Translations under genes and position numbers: made by a program | Origin: Marsupella aquatica | Lineage: Eukaryota > Plantae > Marchantiophyta | NCBI GenBank assembly: GCA_973895155.1 | Contig: OZ316897.1 | Coordinates: forward strand, 7,120,470-7,184,469 | Reading direction: 5' to 3' | Length of the DNA: 64,000 bases | Shown here: positions 1-13,300 of the stretch, in pieces | Layout of the letters: the number at the start of each line of letters is the position of its first letter | How positions within the stretch are numbered: position 1 is the first letter of the stretch | The notes under the pieces: generated by a model | Databases searched by the model: none | The model's input: the letters and a program-made list of their open reading frames with translations, nothing else | What the model was told of the DNA's origin: nothing

Positions 1-2731
1 ACAAGTTCACTGACACTGGTCTCAACGAAACAATGACGAGACGACTTGGCTTTAAAATCCCCAATATCACGTTGGAGCCCAGTGGCAGCTTGAGAATCCC
101 GTTCTGATTGTCCAACATCTCGAGTCCTTCTGCTTTTCTTTTTTGTACTCGTCGCATTGACTGGGACAATCGATTTCCCAGAATTAACTGATGTAAGTGG
201 ATTTGGCAAAGCGCCAGTATTTGCTTCTGAAGCTTCTGGAGTAGCCTTCGTATCATCTGTGCCATCTGCATCTGACTTCTTTTGACCTATGGACATATTG
301 CAAAGAATGTGGGATTAGGGCCTTCAAGCAAACACTGATGAAGATTGAATCACAAGAATGGTAGCGCCGGGCGCTAGCAAACATTTGAAAAAAGATGGAA
401 AACTTACGTTTCTTTCCGGATCTCGTGGAGGCACTTGGCAATGCAGTGTCTATTTTAACTTTCCCTCGTGGCTTGCGGCTCCTATCTACATGGACAACTA
501 CTGTCTCACAGATTGTCTGTAACTCCGTAGAAGACTTATCGACGTCGCTAAGGAGACCTTGCTTCATCTCAGAAACAATGTTGGGAAGGATCTGCGACTT
601 TGCAAGTTTCAGAAACCAATCCTTCTCCACTTCATCAAAGGGTGAATCCCACTTGTCTGTGTCAAGGTACCATGGGCAGTGAATTCTTTCCCAATCAGAC
701 ATTTCCCTTGGCGGTAGTTTACCCTCGGCAGGATACATCGAGTATAAGTCACAAACAAGATCTCCCTCCTTTACAGTAATCCACTTGTGAAATGCGGCTG
801 GATACGACCAAAGAGCATCTGGGGAATGAATTTCCATCCAAATGTAGAAACGATACAAATACCTCTTGGCCCTCTTCTGATTTTTCTCGGTATATACCTC
901 TTTATCAGGGTATTTTGATGGCCACATGGTGTTGAAGAACTTTGCCTTCACAAGATCCCCATACCTTCGGAATTCACTTGAAATTACTTCAATCAGATTT
1001 TCTACCGAGTCACACCCTGACTGGGCAAGCCTATCAACCGGTAGCGTTTCAATCGCTGCGGACATTGCCGAGTGTAGCATCCCAATTGCAATTCCCTTGA
1101 CGGTATTCCATGTTTGCCATGTGTGGCACCACTGCTTCACTGGATCATCATTCACACTCGAAGGGTGGAAGAATTGTTTTCTCAACTCTGGAGTACAGTG
1201 AGCAACGAGCAATGTACACCTCAATTTCGGATCAAGCGCCGAAACTGCAGTGAAGAGTCTGGCACGGTCCATAGTGCAAACAACCGAATCTGGTTTTTTC
1301 TCTCGCTTGTTTTTCTCTGTCAAAACATACATCTCTGCACAGGTACCTAGAAAATCTTCAAACTCAGGACTAAGAAGAGGAGTGATTTTGGACATTTTTG
1401 TGGACCAATCTTTAGTAGATTCTTTCAACATGAGCGATTGCCGCTTTGTGATGTCATCAGCCGACCAAGGATTGCCTTGACTTGCTGCCAGTGCCATGTC
1501 CATCTTGAACTGGTTAGTGTAAGCTTTGATTTTGTTTTCGCATAAAATATAGACTAGAGCTTCCAGAGGCATTTTTCTTGTGTACCAAGAATGTTTTTGA
1601 GTCTTCTGTTTGATATACTCAAACTTTGCATAATTGGCGCTGTCAATGATAGACTTGTAGTGCTCTAGATCGTGAGAAAGAATCCTCCGGATTCTGTCTG
1701 CGTCAAGTATCCACGACGGTTCAACAATGGCCTGCCCTAACCTGCAATAGGTCAGGTTTTCAATTATTAGCGCCGGGCGCTAGCTTAACTTAAACACTCA
1801 ATTAGCCTATAAACATTGTATTATTTTATAAACACTCCATAAACATTGTATTTATGTAATCAACAAGTATTGCGGAAATCATTAATTACAAGCTAGGGCA
1901 AAAAACGTACTGGTTCACAGTGTGCATAGCCGCCTCAATCTGAATTTGTGAAGCTTTGTCGCCCTTGAAAATGGTGTAGAGAACTCTGGGATGATACTTG
2001 ACGTTGTCAGGATTTTCCTTAGTGACCATCATCCACGAGTAAAGTCGATGATTCTCGTCGAACACTGAGAACATTTTGTCTTTCAAGATCATAAAGGCAG
2101 GATCTGCCTCGCACTCCAGCTCAAACTTCTCGTTCTCAACAACCCAAATTGGATCCCAACTCTCCCTGATCTCTTCATTGCAGATTTGCTCCACACCATC
2201 CGAATCGGTCGGCTGTACAAAAAACCGCATTCCTATCCTGGGATTGTATCCACTACTTCGGAATGAGTCTTTCAATTTCTCAATTGACGCACTCTCCTTC
2301 TATAACGTCCGAACAACCTCCATGTGGACCAGGCGACAAAGCAGAATCCGTGGAGGTTCCTTCTCATTACCCCGGAAATCTTTCCCAAATGACATAATGT
2401 GTTTGGAGATGACTTCATCCATTCCAAGTCCTACCTCGTTGCCCTCTCCCAAAGCGTAATCGGTCATGCCATCAGTCTCCATTCTGCCCCTTCTTGGCTT
2501 CTGGCTCAGGAGTGTTGTGTTCAACGAAGGAATCGCTCCGCTCGATCTTGTAACACGACGCGAATAGAATGCCCCAGAGAATGAAGATTGTGTACTCTCG
2601 CAATGACCCTGATCTCCCTCCGGAATCGTGGTATACCCTCTTGGAGAGCTTGGAGCACTTGAAGGTTGCATTGTGGAGCCCCAAAGTTTGCGAAGGTGCT
2701 TGTACGACACAGAGCCAGTGTCTATTCTCAC
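1..2731 (-). pseudogene. Transposon accessory gene, ParB/Srx-like N-terminus, copy 1 (spliced, runs off the left edge)
   Basis: Collinear with 46835-51049. Inferred GT-AG introns 1742-1910 and 287-407 give the continuous reading HTVNQ|LGQAIVEPSW and GKKR|QKKSD. In-frame TAG at 2300-2302 where copy 2 has Q. Motif VFDENHR (DGNHR in copy 2). Start codon uncertain. Confidence 0.8.
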
Positions 2732-5700
2732 GCTCTGAACAGATTACCGTACAAAAAGAACAACCAGGAAACCTTTAAAACTTGGGCGGTTGACATCATG
2801 GGAGGTAGATTGATGCGGAAGAAAAGGATCTCACTCACCAATCATGACAAGGACAAGTGGCCGATACTGTTTAGAATGAGTATATGTAACGCCTCTTTTT
2901 AACTGGGGTACGGGAGGAGCGATGATCCATAGGCTATTGTTAAGGAAGTCAACTACAAAAAGCGTGAAACAATGAGTACGTTCATGCACTTTACCGTTAG
3001 ATATAACCGTTGGGATAATACAAGTCATTCCTTTTGATACTAGCGCCAGGCGCTAGCATTCAAAAACCAACAAAATAACATCATTAACACTGATGTTAGC
3101 CATGAAATTATGTCAGCGCCCGGCGCTAACTATATTTGATACGTGTATATTTCCTACAAACAACAATTATATAAAACAAACTCAATGTCTTTTGACATTT
3201 CTGTTATTCCAATAAAATTAATAGAGTTTTGAACCATTAATTGGAAGTGGATTAATGATAGCGCCTGGCGCTAGCATATGAAGTTTGGTTTTAGGTTTTA
3301 ATTCCGTGACATATTTATGGTAGCGCCGGGCGCTAGTAAATATCTGATCGTGTTTCTCAAACTATATTATTGATGTTACCAGTACGTAGTGACGTTGGCA
3401 AAACGACAAACGACATTTATGTTTCTACATTTTACGACTAGTACCAGTTTTGTCGTTCACAAACGATAATCTTCTGGAGTTTGTTACGAATTCACTTAAC
3501 TTTAGTCGGGTTATGTTCTCCTCTTCTCTCATTTTCTCTGTTTTCCAATTCGGGATTATTGTTCCGCAATGTCTAATTCAGTTGTGCTTCTGCGTTCTGG
3601 AACTGGAGAGATTGTACGCATTCCTTTAGGTTCTTCCGATACGTACAAACAGGTTAGTGAGAACTATCTTTGTGGAAGATTTGACATTGGCATCAATGAC
3701 ATTCTTTCCATCAAACCTGTTGATGCTTCTGGAGACGAGGCTGGTGACGCATTGTTTGATATCGACGATGGAGTCAGATTTTGGCACCTGACCGCTGGGA
3801 AGAGATACTATATCAATCTTCGAGATAATTCCGTTACGAATGAAATTCATCCGGTTCCCGTCATTCACCTTTCCGATAGTGATGAGGAGGATGTTGCCGT
3901 TCATTCGCAAAAATTGCCCAATCCGGGAACTTTGGTCAAGATGGAAGGTCAGTTTCCTTCCGAGGCACACATTGCGGGGGGTGTTGCGGAGACACACGTT
4001 GTGGGGGGTGTTGCGGGAGGTATTGTCTATCGTCGAAGCGTGATGGATGCTATTCTCAAATCAACTGGCCATAGTGAACTATCGCGATTCATCCGAACAT
4101 GTGATTTCAGGCATGAGCAGGTGAATTGCCTCCCAAGCAAATACAATGGAAACGTTGTATTTGAATTGCCCCCCGCAGAAGGTCTTCTTTCAAAAGGTTC
4201 AAGACTCCGTGACATGGATCGGCCGAAAGACTGCTACTTCTGGACATGAATATTTCCAACCTCTGCGAATGTACAACCGAAAAAGTTCTGGGAATTTGGT
4301 AAAGTGACGTGTACAGGAGCACTAGAATGTCAGAATCAAAAATGTCAGAATCAAACTTTTGACTAGGGTGAGAATTCTAGTGCCCGAACCCTCACCCCTA
4401 CTGAAGAACGCTATAACTGGATCTTTAAGGAAGGCTCTTTGTGTGTCCAACAATGACATTGGTGAATTGGAGGAAAGAGAAATTTGGGAGTCGTTAATGG
4501 TAGTTTCGACCCCTCAAAAGTTCGCATCTCTTTTTCGAAGCGTTCGGCAAGACCAAAAAGGCAAAGGTGAGTTGGAGTTTCTTGTTGAAATGCAAAAATG
4601 CATAATCTTTCCCTTTCTACAACGTTACATGCTCCCAGGTCAAGGCTGTAAAGAGGATAGGCCACATATTTTCAAAATGACTGTAAAAGGGCACGGATCT
4701 GGAGTTGATTTGTTGCGCCAAATGCAGCCTGGAGGTCCATTGGAAGGGGCATGGGTCAGTTTTGATGTGATGAGGAGGATGACAAAAGATTGGATAACTT
4801 TTAGTGCACATGTTTATGATCACAATTATCGTGCTCTTTGCACAATTTTCACATGTGAGTTGAAAGCAGAAGATTCAGAGTCTCTAGAGAAAGCCTGGAA
4901 ATTGATGATTGAGGTTTGCCATGAAAATGGGTTGGATAATGTTGTGATCCATGGACTCATGGCTGACAATGCCCAAGCTGGATGGAATGCTGTTCGGAAT
5001 GTATTTTTCGGAGGACATCCTAACCCAGAAAAGGAGCGATCGGATGCGTTTCACTTCTACCAATTGTTTCATCGTCACTCGATTGAAGGTGTATTGGAAG
5101 AAAAACGAGATGAGCATCGGAAGATGTGGGACTCTTTAAGGAACGCGTCCACATTTCTTGGAGCATACAGAATTTCAAGGGATATCGATGTATGGTGGAG
5201 ATCTGGGAATTGTGTTCCAGGGAAGCTTCGAATGCTCCAAGGTTGGTTGGCGTGGTGGGTGGTCCGATGGCGTCAATGGGGAAATTTCATTCGTTTGGTG
5301 AGTTTCAACATCCAGTAACCACTCGAACTCATACTAGCGCTTGGCGCTACCATTATTTTCAGTTAGTGTGGTCTCGTAGGTTTCGTTCATCATTATCTTG
5401 TTTTTGATACTAGCGCCCGGCGCTAGTATTAATGGACCACTTGTTTCTTAAATTTAGCAAAAATATAGTTTGAATGTTGCTAGCGCCAGGCGCTGTCATT
5501 GACTTTATGTACATGTGGCTAAGTCATATTTACTAAACTCTGCTGCTATGGTGGATGCAGAACAAAAGTGTGGAGGAAAGCGCTATGATTCCTAACTGTA
5601 CTACTTCAGAGGCGGCGCATTCCATAATGAAGGCTTGGCAAACTAAGAAAAAGGCTGGCCTATTCGAAGCATGTGAGATGGACCAAAACAGGGGTGTCTC

Positions 5701-7362
5701 ACAAGTTGCAGCATATACGGCGTATAAGAGAGGTCTTCACCGAGGAACCGGACCTACAATTTGGGAATTGGTATTCCGTTCGGCGGACCAAGCAGGTTCT
5801 TCCAAACTTTTCCAAGATGCTTCCAATATGCTTCTTTCCGGTGCGGCTGAATTCGACCTGGAAAGGAGTGGTCCACTCAATGGGGATGTTACAACAAAGT
5901 CTATGAAGAGGAAAGGTCAGGCCTCTGGGAACATCTCGGCACAAGACTCCCATCGGCATGACACTATTCTTGTAACATCACCAAATACTCGAGGTATGAA
6001 GAGGAAAAACTTAAACAAGACCGAATTCTCCCCGAATGCAGAGGGACCTGTTCACGATAACATTGGCGTTGTGGATCTGTCGGAAAGCGAAATCAAAGAA
6101 GGCTGTCATTGGAGTACTCCGCCGTGGAGGAGGGTGACAAGGTCTTCTGTAGCACCGCAAAGTGCACCTCCGAACCTCCAAAGGGTTGTCCATGACTCAT
6201 CTATGTTGGAGACTGACGTGCGACCAGGTGCTTGGCACCTGCGAAGAGTGACAAAACATGGTGCAGGGCCTCAATGTAATGGATCTCTTGGTGGTAAATC
6301 GGAACGAGATGACTATCAAAATTGTCTTAAAAAGGTTGGTTACCCGTCAACGGATGGTGTAGTTGGCATTGTTGTCAAAGGACACCGCATGTTCAGGGGA
6401 GAACCACATCCTGAGATGATTTGGTTCTGTCCCAATAATTCATGCTATAAGAGTCGGCCCCGGTGTAATGTGGTGAATCTTCCCCCGTTTCCTCATACCC
6501 TGCCCGTTTTGAAGGGCACGAATCTTTCGGAAGCTGAGGTCCAATTCCTATCTCAGCAAGGGATTGCGATCAATCCAGAGGCCGGACGTCAGGCTCCTCC
6601 ATCTCCATTTGACTTGCGAATCAATGTGAATGTTTTCCCTGAGAAAATCAATCTCCTGGAGCCAAATATCCGCCTTCGGAGTAGGAATGGTAAAAATACA
6701 GTTCCACGTTCAAATCTTTCATAAGGACACAACAAAAGAATTGAATCTGCAAACAACGAGCTGATGACACTTATTCAACAGTTTGATGTTTCAATCGAAA
6801 ACTCTTGGGGCAAACAATTTCAGATCCAGACCCAAGAGAAACTTTGTACGGCAAACACTTACTGGGTGCAGATTTGTATTTTCCCCTGCTGTTCTTGTGA
6901 GGACTTCTATCGTCGCCATTCTCATGGACGGCCTTTCATGCCTTGCAAGCATCTATATTGGGTTTATACCAACGTCCTCAAACTAGATGTCGTGGATTCA
7001 ACTTTGGCTAGTCAGCCAATTTTGACTGTAGGTGAGGTGAGGCTCATTCTAGCTAGGCAGAATTCTCTAAACTTATAGACTAGAGATTTAGTAACGTTGA
7101 ACGGCTCCAACCTCATTTGTCGCATTGCAACGTTTTATTTCTTTTCAACGATCACATTTGGTTAATATATATGGCTAGCGCCCGGCGCTAGCATAAGTTT
7201 GTCCCGTTCTGAGTGAACCTCTTTCATTTCATGGGCCGGATGGATTCTTTCATGGGCCGGATGGATTCTCATCTAAAGTCTTACACTAGTAGGTATTTTT
7301 GCAATAAGTTTATTTAAATGGGCTAGAAATCTTGGTTTGTTTTTTGTTAGCGCCTAGCGATA
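362..7362. repeat. Dispersed 15-bp palindrome TAGCGCCNGGCGCTA, MULE copy 1
   Basis: Copies start at 362, 1768, 3041, 3114, 3259, 3321, 5335, 5411, 5481, 7176 and (degenerate) 7348. All lie in inferred introns, intergenic or subterminal DNA. Confidence 0.95.
3569..7078 (+). pseudogene. MULE-type DDE transposase with C-terminal SWIM zinc finger, copy 1
   Basis: Candidate DDE residues in SFDVM, MADNAQAGWNAVRNVFF...DAFHFYQ (MULE D...CxxH-like block) and CTTSEAAH. SWIM-type CSCEDF-x-PCKH at 6890-6953. Intron 5298-5560. Stops at 4247 and 6722, and a ~300-bp deletion near 4380 relative to copy 2. Confidence 0.8.
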
Positions 7363-7637
7363 TTATAGAATACAGTTCCGATTCCGATGATATTTTTAAG
7401 ATAAGTAACATTTCGAGTGTGTTTCGTATCAGCAGCCAGTGTATGGTTGGACCCACTCGATGGTTTATGTATATTTGGTGGAGAAGTGACTGCATTTAGT
7501 TGTTGTAAGGAACCCGATCAAGTGTTACATTTCGCTAAAATGTGGGCTCAAAACTTCAAAACATTCATGGTATAGGTTCCTATTTTCCTGTTAACAGGAG
7601 TTCTGTTTTCCTGTTTCCTGTCTCGGTGGTGATGCCC

Positions 7638-7928
7638 TTATCTAATTGTAGGATTCGTTGGAAATTGCAATCTATGACTTGACTTGGGAAGTAAGTTATG
7701 TGGAAAGAGGATAGGCGGATTTGAGGCTTAGTGTGAGGAAACCGCTCATCGTAGAGTGGGATAAAGGTTGTGAGAGATATTTTAGAGGATAACGATGAGA
7801 GAAATTGATCGACAAAGGGGATCGCAAGGGTAATGTGAGGTGAGAAAAGACATATTTTGGAAAGGTTTCTTCCAAGATAGGAAAAACAAGAGCTCGGTGC
7901 TTCCCAAGAACTAAAGATTCCCCCGACA
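7638..7928 (+). repeat. 3' part of the 5' LTR of element A
   Basis: Near-identical direct repeat of 15044-15334. Confidence 0.92.
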
Positions 7929-7932
7929 TAAG

Positions 7933-7950
7933 TGGCGACCATACTGGAGA
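7933..7950 (+). promoter_or_regulatory. Primer-binding site of element A
   Basis: TGGCGACCATACTGGAGA lies 4 nt after the LTR end and begins with TGG (complement of tRNA CCA). Cognate tRNA not determined. Confidence 0.6.
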
Positions 7951-8095
7951 ACTCTTGGGGCCTATTTTTGGAAGAAAAAAGGAAGTATTGCATTACTAGA
8001 AGAGGCTAACTTGCTTTACTAGACAATTGGTCTAGAGACACCTAGGTGGTGGGCGCCTATTTATTGCGAGAGAGTAAACAAGTTGATATATAGCA

Positions 8096-9808
8096 ATGCC
8101 TAACAGTACTGACATGGGAGACTCAAGTATGTCCCCCAACACTATGGACATGGATACCATGTCTAGAATGTTGTTAACTTTGATGCAGAGTATGAAACAA
8201 ACCGATACAGCAAAAAATCAAAAGAGAGAGCAAGCACATTGTGCAACAAGGTGCTTGAGGAAGGTTCTTGAGAAGAATGGGCAATTTGATGGTCGTAATG
8301 TAACTCGTTACATGAAGACCTATTGGCAAGAGGCTACTATTGAGCAACTTTCAGAAGAGGTTGCAATTCGTCAATTTTCAACATTGGTGGAGCCAGAATT
8401 AAAAGGGATCGTTGATGCCATAGTTCTTGAGGCATCAAAAGACAAGACATGGAGGTGTTTTGAGAAATGCATGAAGGAAGAATTCCAATTGGAGGATGCT
8501 GATCGAATTACACAAGTGACATTTTGTGATTGGATCCATGAGAGGAACAAGAAATTGGGGCCACAAGAACTATTGCGAGAGTTCAACAAGAAGTTCAATC
8601 AACTTCCAGATTCAGAGGCACAAGTCATCCGAATGCAGAGGTGTATTCTATTTCTTAGAGCTGCAAATGAGAAGCTAAGGGATGAGTTGGAGAATGCTTT
8701 GGATCTAATTGATCCAGATCGTACTGACTCTTCTACAAATTGGGAGAACATTGAGAAGGCAGTGATGAAGGTAAGTCATCGACATAGAAGAAGAGACTTG
8801 GATCAAGAGGCTATCAGTGGAGTTCCAAGTCAAACCAAAACATCAATCACTACAAGGATGGATAATACTACTAGTGGGGGTGAGAAGAAGGAGATCAAGT
8901 CCATAGCACAAGAAGGCAAAGGAGGAGCAGTTGAAGAGCTTGCTGATTTGATGAGGAACTTGACCATTCTTACAACCCAAGTTCTAAACCAGACGCAAGC
9001 AACCAAGACTACAACAACAACAAATCGCACATGGAATTGCATGTGGTGTGACAGCAAGGAGCATAGAAGAAATGATTGCACTGAACTTTCTGCAGCACTT
9101 CGAAATCGACTTGTGAAGTTTGTTGGTGAGCAAGGACAAAAGAAGCTTGCATACTACAACACTGAGGAACTTATACCACTCAACAATAATCGTGGAGGGA
9201 TGAGAGCCTTAGTGGAGAAAAAGTTGGCAACAGAAGGAGTAAACACAGCAGCAACTGTAATCGAGCCTAACGTTTTTGCTGCAACAAGTTGTTTTTCAAA
9301 AAAGGTACTTGATGAGATAGGAAAGAAAAAGCTTGCTGACTACATTCGTCAACAAACTGGATGGGATGCTCCTGTGTTAATAGCCCCAATTACTGCAGAA
9401 GTTGGAGCTACATGGGAAGCAAGAGTGGAGGACAAGCGCAAAACTCCTTCAAGTGATGAGCCAAGAGGAAAGATGCCAAGAAGAGAAACTTCAGATTCAC
9501 CAATGGAGGAAGAGAAGAAGAATGAGAAGTCAACCAAAAAGGGACCTGGGTGGATACTAAGCCGTGATGTGGAACAAACAATTGAACCAGAGAGAATTGC
9601 TGATAAGTTTTGGAAGCAAGAAGCCCGTGGTTTTACAAATGAGGAGTTCTTTGGGAGTTTGAGGAAAGACATACAAGAAGCAATTCTTACAAGATCAAAG
9701 AAGAAACGTTTTTACAAAGAGGGTCCTCATGCTCTAGTTGGGGAGATGGAGGATTTAGACAATGAAGGAGAAACTAAGAGCGTGAGCATTTGTGCAGTAC
9801 AAGTTTAA
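8096..9808 (+). CDS. gag: Gag of element A
   Basis: 570-aa ORF after the PBS, with FDGRNVTRY and Zn knuckle CMWCDSKEHRRNDC. In frame with the protease ORF across a TAA. Confidence 0.85.
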   Translation: MPNSTDMGDSSMSPNTMDMDTMSRMLLTLMQSMKQTDTAKNQKREQAHCATRCLRKVLEKNGQFDGRNVTRYMKTYWQEATIEQLSEEVAIRQFSTLVEPELKGIVDAIVLEASKDKTWRCFEKCMKEEFQLEDADRITQVTFCDWIHERNKKLGPQELLREFNKKFNQLPDSEAQVIRMQRCILFLRAANEKLRDELENALDLIDPDRTDSSTNWENIEKAVMKVSHRHRRRDLDQEAISGVPSQTKTSITTRMDNTTSGGEKKEIKSIAQEGKGGAVEELADLMRNLTILTTQVLNQTQATKTTTTTNRTWNCMWCDSKEHRRNDCTELSAALRNRLVKFVGEQGQKKLAYYNTEELIPLNNNRGGMRALVEKKLATEGVNTAATVIEPNVFAATSCFSKKVLDEIGKKKLADYIRQQTGWDAPVLIAPITAEVGATWEARVEDKRKTPSSDEPRGKMPRRETSDSPMEEEKKNEKSTKKGPGWILSRDVEQTIEPERIADKFWKQEARGFTNEEFFGSLRKDIQEAILTRSKKKRFYKEGPHALVGEMEDLDNEGETKSVSICAVQV

Positions 9809-9856
9809 GACAACAAAGTTGAGGTAGATTCCTATCATGCTAAATCTATAAAAGAA

Positions 9857-10336
9857 ATGGAGTCATATTGGGCAAGAGCTTGTGATGAAGTTGAGGTGGA
9901 GCTAATTGGAGTCAAAGGTCCTATCAAGGCACTTATTGATTCAGGATCAGAGGTGAATCTAATGTCAAGGGAGCTCTACAACCAAGGAAGGTGGAAGGTG
10001 GATCGAGACATCCAATGGAAGGTGAAATCAGTGAATGCAAATCACAATTCTTTGTGGGGAGCTTGTCCTGATGTGAAGCTTAAGGTAGGAAATGTGCTTG
10101 AAGACATCAATGTCTTTGTTCATGATTCCTTACCTTATCCACTTCTTCTAGGACAACCTTTCATTATAGAATGGAGACTAGAGACTAAGGTTCTTGATGA
10201 TGGCACTCATATGGCCAAAGTCAAGAGTAAGGATAATCTTCGTGTTATCCAATTTCCAACAGTTCGCCCGGATCATGTGAGAAATAGGAAGGAGCTAAGA
10301 GCAAGTGAAGAGATGAAGGACCAAGAAAATTTCTGA
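9857..10336 (+). CDS. Retroviral-type aspartic protease of element A
   Basis: ALIDSGSEVNL catalytic motif and LLLGQPF. Confidence 0.88.
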   Translation: MESYWARACDEVEVELIGVKGPIKALIDSGSEVNLMSRELYNQGRWKVDRDIQWKVKSVNANHNSLWGACPDVKLKVGNVLEDINVFVHDSLPYPLLLGQPFIIEWRLETKVLDDGTHMAKVKSKDNLRVIQFPTVRPDHVRNRKELRASEEMKDQENF

Positions 10337-10391
10337 TTGGCATCCCGTTAATGAGGGTGAGCAGGCAGGATGCCAATGTGAGTGACTCACC
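10327..10391 (+). promoter_or_regulatory. Putative -1 ribosomal frameshift signal (pro to pol), element A
   Basis: In-frame slippery A AAT TTC (10327-10333). Stem ATTGGCATCC (10336-10345) pairs with GGATGCCAAT (10368-10377). Loop GGTGAG (10356-10361) is complementary to CTCACC (10386-10391). Pol is in the -1 frame. Confidence 0.7.
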
Positions 10392-13300
10392 AAACATAAG
10401 ATTTTCCTCGTCTTCGTTTGTAGCTATAGGGAGAGATAGAGAGGTTTCATATATGCAAGTTAGAGAGGCATCAAGAAAATTGAAAAAGAGAATTGAAAGA
10501 AGTAAGGCTATGTTAGTTAGTCAAGGTGTTATGGATTTAAGTGATATCATAGAGGGTGTGCTAGATGAACAAGGTTGTTGTCCCACTTTGCAGCAAGTTA
10601 TAGTAGATTTGAATGATGGAAAGGGTGAGATAGAAGTAGGCCCATTGCTATATCAGCATATATAAGAGTTGGTTGAGGTGAACACAAAGTACAAGACAAT
10701 AGATAAGAAGGTTAGACCAGCAGCCACACCTCTACCAGCTGATGCAAGAGATATTTTAAGAAGTGCTAGCAAGGAGCCTAGTTTGAGAGATAAAAGAAAA
10801 ATTGGACATACATTCACAGAAGATACTTTGAACCAATTGCAAATTGGTGATGATGGACTACTTACCATGATCGAGAAGGAGGCATTCAAAAAGATGATCA
10901 AAGAGCATGGGAGGGCATTTTCCTTTTCTATGGAGGAGATAGGATGTGTGGATCCACAGAAGGTAACACCAATGGTTATTTTTACAGTTCCACACATACC
11001 ATGGGATTTGAAGCCAATTTCAGTTCCAAGAGCACTAACACCAAAGTTGATAGCATTGTTGAAAGAGAAGTTAGATGCTAAGATACTTGAGAGATCAGAT
11101 GCACCATACTCCAATCGGTGGTTCACAGTGCAGAAGAAGAATGGGAAGCTACGTTTCATTCAAGACATGCAGCCACCAAACAAAGTCACAATTCGGAATG
11201 TTGGAGTTGGACCTATGGTAGACGAGTATGTTGAAGACTTTGCTGGGAGGGCCATCTATTCCATTGGAGACTTGTACTCAGGGTATGATCAATTCCAACT
11301 TTCTCAAAGTAATAGGGATATCACCACCATGAGAACTCCACTTGGACTTTTGCATATGTGCACCTTGCCACAAGGTGCTACTAATTCTGTCGCACATATG
11401 CAAAATGCTATGAACAAGATTTTGGAGTCTTTCATTCCACAGAAAACTAGACCATTCCTTGATGATATGCCAATCAAAGGATGTTTGGAAGAACTCAAGG
11501 ATGAGACACTTCGAAAGGATGGGATACGTCAATTTGTTTGGGAACACATGAAGGATGTAGGGGCTATACTAAAGAAGTTGATTGAGGTGGGAGTTACACT
11601 CTCAGGGGAAAAATCAGCATTTGGCTTGAGAGAAGTCAAAGTGGTTGGGCAGATGTGTGGGCCCTATGGAAGAAAGCCAAGTAAGGAGAAGGTGGAAGCA
11701 ATCAGCCAAATGGAGGATTGTCAAACAACTTCAGAGGTACGAAGGTTTCTAGGAGGTTATATCTTCTACAGAATATGGATACCATACTTTTCACATGTTT
11801 CACATCCATTATATGGCTTGCTTAAGAAGAATGTAAGATTTATATGGAAAAGTGAACATGTAGAAGCAATGCAGCACTTGAAAGAAGCTTTGTTAAGTCC
11901 ACCTGTGCTTCGCCCATTGAAGTATGATGGTGTACATCCAATAGTTCTTACAATAGATGCGAGTCCATATGGAGCAGGATGGGCATTGGGACAAGATGAT
12001 GATGATGGGCATAGAACAACTGCTCGTTTTGGAGCAAAGATCTTTAACGAAAGACAACAGAAGTATCCGCAGATAAAGAGAGAGCTTTGGGGAGCAAAAC
12101 TAGCACTTAGGCAAGAGAGAGATTACTTGATAGGAGCTAACATGATTCTAGAAACTGATTGCTTACCCTTACTTGGGATGATTATAAACTGTGATACTCC
12201 CGACATTGCTATGCTTAGGTGGATAGCTTTTATCTGAATGTTTAATCAAGAACTGAAGCACATAACTGGAAAAGATAATCCAGTGGCTGATATGTTGTCA
12301 AGAGCTAGATATAAATCAGGCAAGCATAGTATTGAGTGTTCACATGGTGAGATTGAGGGACAAATTAAGGAGTTGTTATTCTATGAAGATCTATATTCAG
12401 GAGAGTTGCTAGTTATAGGACGTTATTTGAGTACATTGGAGAGAGACACTAGATGGAGTGATGAAGAATTCAGCAAGATTCAAAAGAAGGCTTACAAGTT
12501 CTTGGTTCGAGATGGATACTTATGGAGGCGTCCAAAGGCAAGGAGTCAAGTACCTCTGAAAGTGCTTGATACTGAGGGAGAGAAAGTTCAAGTATTACAA
12601 GAGGCACATGATCTTGAAGCAACAGGGCATCGTGGAGTTTAGGCTACATATGAAAAGTTAAGAAGATTCTACTGGTGGGCTGGAATGTATGTGGATGTTC
12701 GAGAATATGTTGGATCTTGTGAGATTTGCCAATACTACTCAAAGATTCAACATAGAGATGGCTTGAACCCGACACATCCTCTATCTTTACATTTTCAATG
12801 GGGTATAGATATCGTTCATATGCCACCAGGGATTAGAGGTGCAAAATATTTAGTGTTAGCTAGAGAAGACTTGTCTTCGTATGTGGAAGGGAGGGCATTA
12901 TCTTCTAACAAGATTGAAGCCGTATGCAGGTTTGTGTTAGAAGATATCATTGCTAGACATGGATGTTTTAGGCGCATGAGAGCTGACCGTGGAGAGTTAG
13001 ATAGCAAAGAGGCAAAGGCATTCTTCAAGAAATTTTATATCCGCTTAAAGCTAACTACATCTTACAATCCAGAAGCAAACGGCAAGAGTGAGAGAGGTCA
13101 TCCACCAATTGTTAATGCCTTAGTCAAATCATGCAAGGGAAAGGCATCAAGATGGCCAGACTTACTACCTTTAGCTCTATTAGTAGATAGAATGACTTGT
13201 AGTTCGGTGACAGGATATGCACCGGCAGAATTAGTGAGTGGGCATCTACCTTTAATGCCATTAGAGGAGAATGTTTTTAGTTGGAGGATAGTTGACTGGG

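Larger units (their letters stand above)
1..7637. mobile_element. Mutator-like DNA transposon, copy 1 (left part outside window), inserted into the 5' LTR of gypsy element A
   Basis: Right terminus ...GTTTCCTGTCTCGGTGGTGATGCCC (ends 7637) matches the right ends of the copies ending at 56692 and 63147. The sequence after 7637 (TTATCTAATTGTAGG) resumes mid-LTR, matching 15044 onward. Same two divergent genes as 45050-56692. Confidence 0.88.

Noticed and set aside
362-7362. Palindromes as bacterial REP elements or terminators
   Set aside because: Context is spliceosomal introns of a eukaryotic TE. The 1-nt centre and lack of a poly-T tail fit a dsDNA binding site better than an RNA hairpin.
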